A program made the position numbers and the translations under genes. The notes beneath the pieces were generated by a model. The model was not told where the DNA came from. It saw only the letters and a list, made by a program, of their open reading frames with translations, and did no database searches. This document shows, piece by piece, positions 18,858-30,700 of a DNA stretch of 64,000 nucleotides (positions are counted from its first letter, which is position 1; each line of letters opens with the position of its first letter). This stretch comes from Thecamonas trahens ATCC 50062 (lineage: Eukaryota > Protista > Apusomonadida): assembly GCF_000142905.1 (NCBI RefSeq), contig NW_013657674.1, positions 528,709 through 592,708 on the forward strand, read 5' to 3'.

Positions 18858-21800
18858 TTAGGCACTGTCGTCGTCCAGGCCCGAGAAGGCGATGCCATAC
18901 TGGCGCTGCGCAAGACGCATCTGCTTCTCGTACTCGGCAACCTTCTTGACGGCGGAGCGGTAGGCGTACTTGAGCTCCTCAAGCTCGTCGAAAAAGTTTG
19001 GGTCAAAGGCGTCGAGCTCGAGGCGGAGAGCCTCGTTCTCGCGCTCGAGCTGCGCCATCTGCTCCAGTGCAGCGTGATAGGTATGCTGCAGCTTGTCGTA
19101 TGCCTCGGTAGCCTTGGACTCGACGCTTGGTAGCTGCTCGCCACCGAGCGAGGCGGTGAGGTCCTTCTCCAGCACCGACGTGCGGTCGTTGAGGACCGAG
19201 ACCCGCTTTTTGAGTGCGCGGTTCTCTTTTTCGATCTTGAGCAGCGCGTCGGCGTTGCGTGCACCGCCGTTGAGCGCCTGGTAGGCCTCGATGTCGTCAC
19301 GGGCGCGGGCGAGCTGGGTCTCCAGCTGTGACTTGACAGTGGAGAGCGAGGCGATGTCGGCCTGCGCGGCAGCCAGCGCGGCCTCCTTGGCCTCGAGTTG
19401 TGCGTGGAGCTCGTGCTCCTGTCGATCGAGGAGGGCGCGGGCGCGGCAGGTGTCGTCTTCGGCCGAGGCCTGAAGCGACTCGAGCGCGTTGCGGGCGGCG
19501 AGCGCGTCGGCCTCGAGGACGCCGGTCTGGGTTCGCAGCTCGATGTTGGCCTCCTTGAGCGCAGCGGCGTCGGCGGTGAGGCTCTTGACCTTTTTGGTCA
19601 GCTTGGCGTTTTCGGCGGCCAGGCGCTTGACCTTGGACGCGGCGGCGGAGACAAGCTCCTCCTTCTCCTTCAGTGGGAGGTAGGCGGCCTCAAGCTCGTC
19701 GTACTTGCCCTTGAGCTCACGGTGGGCCTTGCGAAGGGCCATGTACTTGACGTTAGACGCACCAGCCTTTTTGGCGCTCGCCACCTCGGCCTTGAGCTGT
19801 TCGATGACCCTGTTCTGCGAGAGAACCACCGACTCGAGCTTGCTAGCTTTGGAGCCTGTTCCCGAGCTGGACAAGTCTGCCGACGCAATGACAGCCCCGG
19901 ACGCCTTCAGCAGCGCCACGTGGTCCTCGAGCTGAGCGATGCGCTCCCGGAGCCGCGGCTCCGACTCGGTCTTCTGCGCAAGCTCGAACCGCAGCTCGGT
20001 TGCCTCGTTGGTCACCTCCAGCACCTCCTTCTCAAGCGCACGCTTGGCGGCCTCGAGCTCGACAACCCGAGCGTGCCACTCCGCCTCAGCTGTATCTCCA
20101 GAAGCCGATACACTCGGTGCCACGCCGACGAGTACCGCGTCGTCGTCGCGGGCCTCGCGGAGCTCAAGTTCGAGCCGGAGCTCCGCAACCTGAGACTCGA
20201 GACCTTGCTTTGCCAGTGCCTCCTCTTCGAGCCGAGCAGTAAGGCCAAAGACCTCGGCCTGGAGGTCGTGCAGTGCTTGGGCCGACTTGATGCTGGCCGA
20301 CTTGGGTCGCTCCTCGCTCCGCGCTCCGCCACCAAGCTTGCGAAGCTTGGCTGCCAGCCGCGCCTTCTCGCGCTCCATCTTGGTCACGGTCTCCTTGAGG
20401 CCGACAAGTTGCGACTCGAGCGAGTCGATGGTCGCCGCCGACGACTTGATTTTGTCCTTGAGTGCGGCTTCTTTGCGCTGCCAGCGCTTGTTTGCTTCCC
20501 ACTGCGCCATAGCCGCCGCGCTCTCAGCGGCCGACCGCGAGTCTGGGCGGCTCGTCGCGCTCGAAGGCCGGCGGGTGGCGGGGCGACGCTTTGCCGGCTC
20601 GCGCGATGGTGGCGGATCGTCGTCCCCTCCTCCGCCGCGACTGTCGCTCGACTTGCTCCGCGAGCGTGAAGCTTGTGCCTCACGCTCGCGCGCGGCCGCC
20701 ATCTGCTCCTCAGCAGCCTTAGCCTCCAGCTCAAGCTTGCGGATGCGCTTGCTGGCACGGGTGAGCTGGTCACGAAGCTCAGCAATGACGCCGTCCTTCT
20801 CGGCGACTCGTTGCTTGAGACGGGCAACTCGCTGAATGTCGGCGTCGCCAGACGAGCGGTCGCGGCGGACGGAGGCCTCGATCTCGTCGCGCATCGAGGC
20901 CCGCTTGGCTGCGAGCTCACGCTCGCGAGCCTTGAAAGCGGTGGCCATCTCCTTCATCTCGCGCGCCATGGTGGCGCGCTCACCCTCGAGTCGACCGAGC
21001 TTGGACTCGAGAACCCGGACCTGCGAGTGGTAGCTCTTGGCCTTGTCTTTGTTGGCCTTGGCCGCCGACGCAGCGCGGGCCATGGCGGCTTCCAGCCCGT
21101 CAATCTTGGCCTGCAGCTCGGTTGTCTGCTGTGCCACCATCGATTTGACCGAGACCGAGACCTTGGACGCGGCAAGCTCGGCCCGCGGCGCCGATGTCTC
21201 GGCCTTGACCAGCTCAGCACGAAGCTCGCGGATTGCGCGCTTTTTGTCGGCCAGCTCGCGGCGGAGCGCACTCACAGTGTGCTTGAGCGACGACGGCGGA
21301 GCCGCCGCCGCCGCTGACGACTCGCGTTGCAGTGCCGACCGCAGCTCGGCAGTCTGCTGCCGCTGTGCGGCAAGTTCGGCCTGGAGCGAGCGAATCTCCG
21401 AGGCATGCAGGCCACGGACCTCCTCCATGGCGGTCCGGTGCGAGGTGAGGAGCTCTTCGATCTGGCTCGCCCGCCGATCGGCCATTTTCTTGACGCTCTC
21501 CAACTCGTTGGCGAGCTGCGCGTACGCAGCAGCTGACTGGTTGAGCGCCTCGTTCTTTGCATGCAACAGGGCCTCTAGCGAGGGTGGCATGGCGTGCGAA
21601 GGCGAGCGCGAGTCGGGTCTGGTCTCGTCGACGTTGAGCTGGTTGACCAGCTCTTGGAGCTTGGCATACGACGCGTCCGACGCGTCGAGGACCTTTGTTT
21701 GCAGCGCAGCAATGGTCTCGTCGTCGGCCTGCTTTTGCTTCATCGCTTGACTTCTCGTCGACGCGAGGAGAGCACGCAGCTCGTCGAGGGCTTTGTCCTT

Positions 21801-24800
21801 GGTCTGAAGCTGTGCCTCGAGTGTGTTGACTGAAGACTGGGCCAGCGCTAGCTGGCGCGCGGTGGCAGGATCACCCTCACCGTTGCCAGCCTCGGCAGCG
21901 AGAGCGCGGCCGTGGGCCTCGTCGGCGTGTCTGGCCTTGAGCTTGGCGTTTGCCTCGGACAGGGCCACGTCCTTGTCGAGGAGAGCCGCGCGAAGACTGG
22001 CGACCTGCTTTCCAGAGCCCACCAGCGCTGCATCGAGCTCGTCGATCATGCGCGAGTACTCGGCAATGGCGGCCGACGCCGACGCGAGCTGGGCACGCGC
22101 CTCGTCGAGCTGACGGGAGGCCGGCATGGACGGGTCGAGCTCGCCCAACTTGGCGGCCGAGGTCTTCATGGCCATCAGGATGATGTCGCGCTCGCGGTCC
22201 TTGCTCTGCATGTTGGCGAGATGGGCATGGCCGGCGGTGGCAGCCTGAGCCTTGGCAGCCTCCAGCTGCATTTCAAGCTTGACACGGAGCTCCTGCTCGG
22301 CAGCGAGGCGCGTCTCGTTCTCGGCGGCATCGGCGCGAGCGGATGCCAGTTCGGCAAGGACTCGCTCGCGGTGCCGCTCGCCGGCGAGCTGCTCAACACG
22401 CAGCGCAGTAACTTGGGAAGCCCATTCCTCAACGAGACTGGCAGTTGAGCCGTTCTTGTAGCCCTCGACGAGCTCGGCCTGGACATTGGCGGCGACACGT
22501 GTGGCGTCAAGCGCGGCCTCGGCGTCGGCAAGCTTGGTGAGCGCGTCGGCGACAGCGGCATCCTTGTCGGCGGCGCGCTGCGAGGCGCGGGCGAGAGCAG
22601 CGTTGGCGTCGTCGAGCTGGCGGCGCGGAACGCGCTCGACAAGCGCCAGCCGATGCTCGGACGCCGCGGCCTGGAACGCCCGTGACTGGTCCATCAACTG
22701 CGAGCGGAGCTCAAAGGCTGAGCGGGTGGCATGGTCAGCGTCCTTGGTGGCGGCGATGAGAGCGTTGGAGGCAACAACGGCCTCGCGGCGTGTCTCGCGA
22801 GCTGCCTGCTCGGCCTCGACAGCCTTGGCCTTCAACCGCATGTTGGCCTGATGGAGAGCGCCGAGCTGGGCGGCGACGTCTCCGGACGCCTGCAGATCAT
22901 CGATGGCCTTGGCTGCGAGCAACGATTGGTCCTCGAGCTTGGAGCGAGTCGTCCGCATTTGCTCCATCTGGGTGGTGGCGAGCTCGAGTAGCCGCTTGTA
23001 GGTGGCAAGGTCGGCGGCGGCGGCGGCGGCGCGGCTCTTGGTCTCCTCGAGTTCGGCCGAGAGCGCACGTGAGGCATCGCGCGAGAGGCAACCAACAGCC
23101 TTGCTCTGTGCCACAAGCAGCTTCTCCTGTGCCGAGCCGAGCTGGGTCGACAGCTCTGAAATCTTGGCCTCGGACTCGTCCAGCAAGGCGGTGTTAGCCT
23201 GGAGAGCGGCCGAGGCGGCGTCGGCGCGCTTCTTGGCAGCCGAAGCGGCAGCCTTGGCCGAGTCGAGCGAGGTCCGTAGCGACAGAACTTCGGCCTTGAG
23301 GCCGGCCACCATATTGTACTTGCGCTTGAGTACTTGTGGGGCTGAGCCGTCGGTGACAGCCGACGAGAGTTCCTTGAGCTGGTCGACAGTCTCAAGAGTC
23401 TTGGTGTGGGTTTTGCGAAGCGCTTCGAGCTGGCCCTCGAGCACGTCGGCGCGGGCGAGCGCAGCAGTGGCGTCTGCAGCATTGGCGCGCGCATTGGCGA
23501 GCGCAGCGCGGGCGGCAGCCTCGGCCTCGGTGGCGTTGGCGGCGGCAGCAAGCGCGGTCTCAGCGCGGTCAACAACCTGGGCGTACTCGTAGTCCGGGAC
23601 CGAGGCGGTGGTGAGAGCGAGGAGGCGGGTGTTCTCGGCCTTAAGGAACTCGTTGGAGGCCTTGAGCGTGGCGATGTAGCCCTTGGTCCACGAGCCGGCA
23701 TCCTCAGCACGCGCCAGAAGCGCAGCGTGATCGCGGGCAAGGTCGTCAGCACGCAAAGAGGCGGCCTCGAGGCGGCGGACAAGCTCCTTCTCGTTGACGC
23801 GGAGCTCGATGACTGTTCGCTTGGCGTTGATGAGCTGGGCCTTGTTGGGCGAGTTGGGCGCCTTGAGCTGGGCGAGGGTCTCGCGGGCGGCCGCAAGGAG
23901 GTCAGAAGAGTCGCCGGCGCGGCGCTCGGCGGCGCGCGCAGCAGACTGTGCTGTCTTGAGTTCGGCGAGGGTCTTGGCATGCTCAGCGTAGAGAAGCTCC
24001 TTCTGAGCGCCGAGCTCATCAAACTGCGAGTTGAGCTCCGCCAGCGCGCGCTCGGATGCGTGCAGCTCCGAGTGCATGGCCTCGTTGGCCTCGAGGGCTT
24101 CGAGCAGCTGGGCCATGAGGCCGCCGAGCTCGTCGACCGACGCAGGGTCCATCGATGACAGCATCGAGCGCGAAGGTGAGAGGCGGGCGGCAGCCGGCGG
24201 CGAGAGTGCCGGGTTCTGGACCACCAGCGAGGCGTATGTCCGGCGCGAGGGGGTGCCTGGCGCCATGACGGAGGCCGAGCCGGCAGCAAAGCTTGCGCCC
24301 GGATCGAGCATGCCCGAGACGAGCGCGGTGCGGAGCTGCGACTTGAGCTGGATGACCTCGTCCTCGAGAGCGGCCAGCTCGCGGTCCTTGCGGGCGGCAA
24401 GCGAAGCATGGTGCTCCTTCTCCATCTTCTCTTCGCGGAGCTGAACCTTGACGGCCTTGACCTCGTCGTGGGCCTTGGTGACGGCGTCGTCAAGCTCGTC
24501 GCAGTGGGCGACGAGGTCGAGCTTGGAGTCCCACAGGTCGAGAAGGGCCGTGACGCCAGGTGGGACGGGGGCCGAGCTGTCGCGGGCGGCCAGCTGCGAC
24601 TTGAGTTCCTTGACGGTGGCGTCGAGGTCTGTGGCGGCCGCAGAGCGGAGCGCGGCGAGCGACGATTTTGCGGCCGAGGCTTGGGCGGCGAGTGACTCGT
24701 TGGCGGCCATCAGCGTGCCATTCTCGGACTCGAGGTTGGCAAGGCGAGTTGCCGCCTGCTCCAGCCTATCGAGCAGGAGCGCATTGTCACCGCCTGCCGC

Positions 24801-26564
24801 ACCAGCCAGAAGCGAGGTGCCTGACTTGCGCGGGCGCTGGAGGGCGAGCAAATCGTTGACGGAAGACGCGACGTCGAGGCCGGCATCATACGCCTTGGCG
24901 CCACGCTCGACAGCCTGCAGACGGAGGCAGGCCTTGAGCTCCAGGACCTCCTCCTCGAGCTCATCGATGTCGAGGCGGTAGCGTGAGAGTAGGGCGGCTT
25001 GCTTTTGCAGCTCGCGGTCCTTTGCGGTGAGAACGATCGTGACGTCTTGCGAGTTGAGCGAGCCGTACTTGTGGCGGTAGGCGGCGTTCTCCTCCTCGAG
25101 AAAGTCTGCGTCGGCCTGAACCTTGTTGATCTTGGCAATGAGGGCCTTGTAGGCCTCGTCCTGGCGGGCAATGTTGGCCTTGAGGTGCTTGATCTTGTCA
25201 AGGGCCATGTGGAACCGCGGGTTTCCGCCCTCGTACTCCTTGATCATGCAGTGGGCCTCGAGGATCTCGCGGGTCTTTTCGTCGAGCTCCTGCATGGCCT
25301 CGTTGTAGCGAGCCTCGACGTTGCGAAGGGCAGCGCGAGTGGAGGAGACCTCGTCTTTGAGGGCAGCAAACTCAGCTGCGTGTTCACGGGCGGCAAGGTC
25401 CTTGAGCTCATCGAGCGAGGCCTCGCGCGAGGCCCATTCGGACTGCAGCGCGGCCTCGCGCTCTTCGACGGTCTCGACAAAGTGACGGAGGGTGGCGATG
25501 GTGGCGTCGCGGTCTGCGAGCTGCGACTTGAGGGCCTCGTTGGACGAGGCGCGAAGCTCGAGGTCGAGCTTCTCGACCTTGTTTGAGAGCGAGGTGATGC
25601 GCGCGTCCTTGGCGGCCAGCTCGTTCTCCTTGGTGAGGAGCAGCTTCTTGACGGTGGCCATCTTTTCCTCGACGAGGGCCATAAACCGGGAGTCGTCTGT
25701 CTCGTACGAGGCGAGCTGGGTGGTGAGGGCAACCTTGGCCTCGTGGAGGCGGTCATTCTCGTCCTCGAGCTGTGTGATGCGGTGCTTGAACTCGGGGACG
25801 GCGCCGGCGTCATCCTGCAGGTTGCGCTCGACACGTTCCCACTCATCGACGGCTTCGGCAAAGAGGCCCTGGGTGAGAGTCAGCTCGTTCTTGTACTTTT
25901 CGGCCTCGGCGGTCGACTCTTCGAGCCGCGAGGTGAGCTGGTTGAGGGTGACCTGCAGCTCACGGACCTGGGTCTTTGAGCGCTCGTCGTTGGCGGCGTC
26001 CTCGCGGACGCGGCGCTCCTTAGTCTCGAGCGCAGCCTTGGTCTCCTTCAGCTGCTCCTGCAGAATGATGAGCTCGTGGCGGTGCGAGTTAGCCTGTGCC
26101 TGCGCGTCCTGAAGATCAGCGAGCGCATTGGACCGCTGGGCCTTGGCGGTCGCCAGCTCCTCCTCCAACGAGAGCTTCTCGCGCTCCAGCTGATTGACAG
26201 TTGTCTCGAGGCTGGAGATTTTCGAGTTGAGGACGGAGAGCTCTGCGGCTGCACCGAGGCCGGACGAGCCTCCGGCCATGCGGAGCGCATCGAGCTGTGT
26301 CTCGACCTGGACAAGGTCTCTGTCCGAGGCCGACCACATATCCAGGGCATACTCCATAGCCGCTTGGGTAACCGAGAACAGATGGGCCACAGCACCCGGA
26401 TCAGAAGCCTCTGGCGCCTGCGTGTCAAACTTTGCGCCCTTCAGTTCTTCCAGCGCCACCTCGACCAGCGGCGGGTCAGCGGCGCCAACATTGTGAACGT
26501 CGTCCAACGACCACGAAAGGACCTTGTCCCACGACAGTGGTGCCGTCTTTGGCGCGAACGACAT
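18858..26564 (-). CDS. CEP290: Centrosomal/transition-zone protein CEP290 homologue
   Basis: 2568-aa coiled coil. C-terminal ELDAFDPNFFDELEELKYAY matches the CEP290 signature (FDPxFFEEIEDLKYNY). N-terminal LFSVTQ and internal WEANKRWQ motifs also fit. Confidence 0.9.
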   Translation of the reverse strand: MSFAPKTAPLSWDKVLSWSLDDVHNVGAADPPLVEVALEELKGAKFDTQAPEASDPGAVAHLFSVTQAAMEYALDMWSASDRDLVQVETQLDALRMAGGSSGLGAAAELSVLNSKISSLETTVNQLEREKLSLEEELATAKAQRSNALADLQDAQAQANSHRHELIILQEQLKETKAALETKERRVREDAANDERSKTQVRELQVTLNQLTSRLEESTAEAEKYKNELTLTQGLFAEAVDEWERVERNLQDDAGAVPEFKHRITQLEDENDRLHEAKVALTTQLASYETDDSRFMALVEEKMATVKKLLLTKENELAAKDARITSLSNKVEKLDLELRASSNEALKSQLADRDATIATLRHFVETVEEREAALQSEWASREASLDELKDLAAREHAAEFAALKDEVSSTRAALRNVEARYNEAMQELDEKTREILEAHCMIKEYEGGNPRFHMALDKIKHLKANIARQDEAYKALIAKINKVQADADFLEEENAAYRHKYGSLNSQDVTIVLTAKDRELQKQAALLSRYRLDIDELEEEVLELKACLRLQAVERGAKAYDAGLDVASSVNDLLALQRPRKSGTSLLAGAAGGDNALLLDRLEQAATRLANLESENGTLMAANESLAAQASAAKSSLAALRSAAATDLDATVKELKSQLAARDSSAPVPPGVTALLDLWDSKLDLVAHCDELDDAVTKAHDEVKAVKVQLREEKMEKEHHASLAARKDRELAALEDEVIQLKSQLRTALVSGMLDPGASFAAGSASVMAPGTPSRRTYASLVVQNPALSPPAAARLSPSRSMLSSMDPASVDELGGLMAQLLEALEANEAMHSELHASERALAELNSQFDELGAQKELLYAEHAKTLAELKTAQSAARAAERRAGDSSDLLAAARETLAQLKAPNSPNKAQLINAKRTVIELRVNEKELVRRLEAASLRADDLARDHAALLARAEDAGSWTKGYIATLKASNEFLKAENTRLLALTTASVPDYEYAQVVDRAETALAAAANATEAEAAARAALANARANAADATAALARADVLEGQLEALRKTHTKTLETVDQLKELSSAVTDGSAPQVLKRKYNMVAGLKAEVLSLRTSLDSAKAAASAAKKRADAASAALQANTALLDESEAKISELSTQLGSAQEKLLVAQSKAVGCLSRDASRALSAELEETKSRAAAAAADLATYKRLLELATTQMEQMRTTRSKLEDQSLLAAKAIDDLQASGDVAAQLGALHQANMRLKAKAVEAEQAARETRREAVVASNALIAATKDADHATRSAFELRSQLMDQSRAFQAAASEHRLALVERVPRRQLDDANAALARASQRAADKDAAVADALTKLADAEAALDATRVAANVQAELVEGYKNGSTASLVEEWASQVTALRVEQLAGERHRERVLAELASARADAAENETRLAAEQELRVKLEMQLEAAKAQAATAGHAHLANMQSKDRERDIILMAMKTSAAKLGELDPSMPASRQLDEARAQLASASAAIAEYSRMIDELDAALVGSGKQVASLRAALLDKDVALSEANAKLKARHADEAHGRALAAEAGNGEGDPATARQLALAQSSVNTLEAQLQTKDKALDELRALLASTRSQAMKQKQADDETIAALQTKVLDASDASYAKLQELVNQLNVDETRPDSRSPSHAMPPSLEALLHAKNEALNQSAAAYAQLANELESVKKMADRRASQIEELLTSHRTAMEEVRGLHASEIRSLQAELAAQRQQTAELRSALQRESSAAAAAPPSSLKHTVSALRRELADKKRAIRELRAELVKAETSAPRAELAASKVSVSVKSMVAQQTTELQAKIDGLEAAMARAASAAKANKDKAKSYHSQVRVLESKLGRLEGERATMAREMKEMATAFKARERELAAKRASMRDEIEASVRRDRSSGDADIQRVARLKQRVAEKDGVIAELRDQLTRASKRIRKLELEAKAAEEQMAAAREREAQASRSRSKSSDSRGGGGDDDPPPSREPAKRRPATRRPSSATSRPDSRSAAESAAAMAQWEANKRWQRKEAALKDKIKSSAATIDSLESQLVGLKETVTKMEREKARLAAKLRKLGGGARSEERPKSASIKSAQALHDLQAEVFGLTARLEEEALAKQGLESQVAELRLELELREARDDDAVLVGVAPSVSASGDTAEAEWHARVVELEAAKRALEKEVLEVTNEATELRFELAQKTESEPRLRERIAQLEDHVALLKASGAVIASADLSSSGTGSKASKLESVVLSQNRVIEQLKAEVASAKKAGASNVKYMALRKAHRELKGKYDELEAAYLPLKEKEELVSAAASKVKRLAAENAKLTKKVKSLTADAAALKEANIELRTQTGVLEADALAARNALESLQASAEDDTCRARALLDRQEHELHAQLEAKEAALAAAQADIASLSTVKSQLETQLARARDDIEAYQALNGGARNADALLKIEKENRALKKRVSVLNDRTSVLEKDLTASLGGEQLPSVESKATEAYDKLQHTYHAALEQMAQLERENEALRLELDAFDPNFFDELEELKYAYRSAVKKVAEYEKQMRLAQRQYGIAFSGLDDDSA

Positions 26565-26999
26565 GTGCGTGGGGGTGGCGTGGCTCGGTGGTGGTGATGG
26601 AGGGGGGGGGGGGGGTTCTGGGCGTGGGTGTGGGTGTGGGTATGGGTGTGGTGTGGGTGTGGGTGTGGGTGTGGGTGCGGTGTGCGCGCCAAAGGAGGCA
26701 GTTGGTGGTGGTGGAAGGGTTGGAGGGAGATGCGAACGTGTTCAAACTTTTGGCGCGGATTGGGGGAAGGCTGGCTTGGGCATCGAGCCATTGGTGACTG
26801 CCGCCGACTGCTGCCGGCAGCACAGCCGACCCGAACAACGGCCACGCTGGTCACGCCACCCACCCACCCACACCTCACACACACCTTCACACACACCTTC
26901 ACACACACCTCCGCACACACCTCCACACCACCACCACCTCCTCCTCCTCCTCCTCCTCCCCACCTCCCCCCCCCCCCCCCCCCACCTCATACGGATAGC

Positions 27000-27695
27000 A
27001 TGGCGGCAGGCACAGCCGACTCACTCGACCAATTCGCCGAGTACGAGGACTATCTTGACTCGTTTGTGCTCCCTGTTGATCTGTACTATCTTGGAGATGA
27101 ATCGCTGGCTAGGCAGCTGGTGGAACTCGACGTCAAGGGCCCCGGAGACTTGCTCTCGCGGGCAGAGTTCAAGAGGCTCAAGTCGGATGAGACGCAACGA
27201 ACGGCCAAGATCCGTAACGCTCCAAAGTCACTGGCCCATGCTGGGCTAGAGGGCGAGTTCCGTGACTATCCGCTGCTGGTCGAACTCGCACAGCGGGAGG
27301 AGCTGGTGCTCTCGGGCAAACTGGCTACCATCATCTTCATCCGCCACGTCAACCGCAAGGGCCAGGAGATCTCCGGCTACATCGACTACGCCCATCGACT
27401 CAAGACCGACAACTTTGAGGAGTACTTTGCTCTCCACCGCGTCTTGCTCCCGCGGCCCTCGGACCTCTCGTTCTACAACTGGGAGACACAGACGTGCACC
27501 TCCAACGCCACCACAAACTTCCAGGTCATTGCTGACAACGAGAAAGGCCTGCAGTTTAAGAACAAGCGCGATCGCAAGATCATCAACGTCAGCCCCGAGG
27601 AGCATCCGGGCCACTCGTCGTTCCGCAAGCCATTGGAGAACACGCAGTACGTCCAGTGTGTGCTGTACGACCATGTCACTCGCAGAAAGTCGTAG
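27000..27695 (+). CDS. CFAP299: Cilia- and flagella-associated protein 299 (DUF4464)
   Basis: YEDYLDS, DLYYL.DE.LARQLVEL, IIFIR, GQEISGYIDYAHRLK, DLSFYNW, FKNKRDRKII, YDHVTRRK; ATG at 27000. Confidence 0.92.
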   Translation: MAAGTADSLDQFAEYEDYLDSFVLPVDLYYLGDESLARQLVELDVKGPGDLLSRAEFKRLKSDETQRTAKIRNAPKSLAHAGLEGEFRDYPLLVELAQREELVLSGKLATIIFIRHVNRKGQEISGYIDYAHRLKTDNFEEYFALHRVLLPRPSDLSFYNWETQTCTSNATTNFQVIADNEKGLQFKNKRDRKIINVSPEEHPGHSSFRKPLENTQYVQCVLYDHVTRRKS

Positions 27696-27730
27696 ACAGC
27701 GCCCAAACGGGTGAACTCGGTAAACGCAAC

Positions 27731-30700
27731 CTACGTGTGCTCGAGATCAACCCGCGACACAAGGCCGCCGCGGTCGACCAGCTGCAGCGAGCCGTCACCT
27801 GTCTCGATAACGCCAACAATGGCCTCCCGGGTCGAGAACGTGAGGTCGGCAGAGCCGCCGGTGGCTGCTACGTCGACATCAAAGATGCACACCGTGTTGG
27901 CAAGGTGAGCAAGAGAGTCGGCTGGCGGCTTGCCGGATGCGCTCGAGAGCACCCGTCCGTCGTGCAGCTGTTGCAGGTGAACGACGGTGCCAGTGTGCGC
28001 AACGGCGAGCCGCGTCACAGACGACTCGAGCCCCTTGTCGTAGGGCTGCTTGAGCGAGACAACCGCTAGCTGGCCCGAGTGCCCGCCGACAACAAGCCGA
28101 CCATCGGCAAGCACAACCATGGCATACAGGTCACCGATGCCCGGTGAGATAGTGTCGAGCGGCAGTCCACGCGACCACAAACGCACCGTTCCGTCATATG
28201 AGGCCGAGACCAGGTCGCCGCAAGCCGTGGGTGCCACCTGCCGCACCGCGTCAGTGTGGCCATCCAGCTCGTCGCCGAGGTGCAACTTGCTGCGCCCCGA
28301 ATCGCCGCCATCACCCGGTAGCTCATTCCAGTGCCACATCTCGATGTTGTGCCCATAGCGGCCGACCGCAATCTGCTTCTCGTCGAGTTGTGCCAGACTC
28401 AGGACCGGATACGAGACAAGGCCCGGGCGCGCTATGTCCACCAGCCGCCTCATCGACTCCCCGCGGATGACCTCGCTTCGCGCCGCAGGCTCGGAGCTGC
28501 GCGTGTCGACAAGCACTACCGGCCGATAAATGGTAGGCAAGACGACTGAAGACCGCCCAAACGGCGAGGCCTCGGCCTCGTCGAGGCTCGTTACCACCCG
28601 GCGCGTCCGCGGGTCGTGGATCACGTCGCGAAGATGCCACACAAAAAGGTTACCTGCAGAGTCCCGCGACTGCTGTGAGCCCTCGCCAGCGACAAGCTGC
28701 CGCTGCGGCATCTTCCACATCAGCGCCGTAACCACGTACCCGGGACCCGAGAGTGTGATGAGTACCGTCCAAGGCATGGTGCTCGTGTCAAAGACAACAA
28801 CCACGCCACCGTCGTGCTCGCCGGCAAACTTGCGCGCCTTGTGGCCGTACTGCTCTACGCACAGTGCGCATCGGCACGGTGGGAGCCGGACCGCCACCGC
28901 TACGACGTCGCGACACTCTAGTTGAGCCATCGCCGTCACCTCGAGACTCTCGCCGACCTGGAACGACTCTGCTCGCGAGCCATAGGTGACAGGGAGCTTG
29001 AAGAGCGGCACAGCCGTCGTTTCGCGCACCACATCGCCGGCAACGGAGATCTCAGAGCCGGTCTCAGACTCGACGCCGGCGTCGTGGCGAACAGATACCG
29101 CTCGCGCCCGTGTCTCTCCGCCGCCGAGCAGCCCGCCACCAGGTCCGCCGCCGATCTTGGCCCGCCGCGGCTTCTTCGAACGTACTTGGGCACGAGGCTC
29201 GAACACAATCCGCTTGCTCATCCACCACGAGTTGGCCTCCTCGACCAGCTGCCGCATCGAGTGCTCCACACGCCCGATCGGTTCGGGGGCCGGACCCAGC
29301 TCGTCTGCATCGTCTGCCCGCTGCCGATACAGCGTATCTGCTAGGACTGTCGGAAGTTCCGCCAAGCGAGAAACCACAGTCTGGATGCGGTCGTACGTCT
29401 CTTGGGTGAGTGGGTTGTACGAAATGTCGACAGCCACAAGCTCAACAGCAGGGTCGGCCGGGACAAGCACCGGCGGGATGGGGTCGCTATGGCCATCGGA
29501 TGCCTGGTTGTCAATGTCTGACTCTTTGCCCGAGCAACTCTCGCCCGCCACGCACTCGCTCACACTGCCGTGGGGCGAGCCGCTGCTGGCCGTGACGCCG
29601 GCGTCACCGCCATCGTTCACTGGTTCTGCACAGCCAGGTGTGTCCGATCCGAGAATGGGCACGACAGCATTTCCGCGGATGCTCTCTGATTCTGCACTGC
29701 CAAAAGCGTTCGATCCGCCGTCGCTCACCGGTCCTGCGCTGCCAGGAGTGTCCGATCCGAGAATGAGGAAAACAAGGTCCCAAGCAACGTCTCCGGTGAT
29801 CGCGTTGTGTGCAACGTTGAGTGTGCGGATAGATTTCGTGGCGCTCATTGCGTTGACGAGCAGCAGCGCTTGGCTGTCGACAAGCCCACAGCCGCGAAGA
29901 TCGAGGTGCGTGATCGGGCGGTGGCGCGAGTTGAAGGCAAACAGCATCCGGAGACCATGCTGAAAGGTACGCGGGGTTCGTGCAAAGATGAGCCGCGGAT
30001 CGTGCGCCACAAAGGTGCGGAGCGGGGCCCATTTTGCGTTGCTTAGTGTGCAGACGGCAAGGTCGGGCGCGGCTCGCTCGACTTGATCGAGCACGGCGTC
30101 GGTGACTCTGGTGCCGGAAGCGACCAGAACCCGGAGGTTGCTTGCATACTTGGCCAGGTCACCGAGAGTGACCAGCTTCTCGCATCCCGAGACATCGAGC
30201 TTGGTCAGATTGCGGCAGTGCTTGAGAATCGCCGACAGCATGGTGTCGGTGAGGAGTGACGAACCCTGGATGGTGAGCTTCCGAAAGTAAGTTCCGCTCA
30301 TGGCGTCAAAGAGGTGGCCCTGGCGGAGAGGATCCAGCGAGGCAAAGTCGACACGGGACACGACGTCCTCCTTGAACTGCGAGAGACGGAGGTTGATAAA
30401 GGCAGCGAGGTCGCCGCGCATGAGGTCGCGGAGCGCGTTGGCAGCCTGCGCCTTGACGAGCTTGCTCAGCTCGCCGGTGAGTTCGATGGGAGTGACGAGG
30501 CCGGCCTCGCGAGCCAGGTCCCGCGCCGACTTGCGCCTCCACGACAGTCCGGCCTTGGGTGGCGCGTGCAGGCGACGGAGCCGCTTCTCCTCGGCCAGCG
30601 AGGTGGCGACGTATGCCTGCTGGTTGCGCTGGATCTGGATGCTCGGCGTGACGGTGACGAGGCCACCGCCGCGTGAGCTCTTGTACTGGCCAGAGGAAAT

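Noticed and set aside
19093-26496. Numerous long antisense and alternate-frame ORFs over CEP290 and other genes
   Set aside because: Expected shadow ORFs in high-GC coding DNA; no recognisable motifs.
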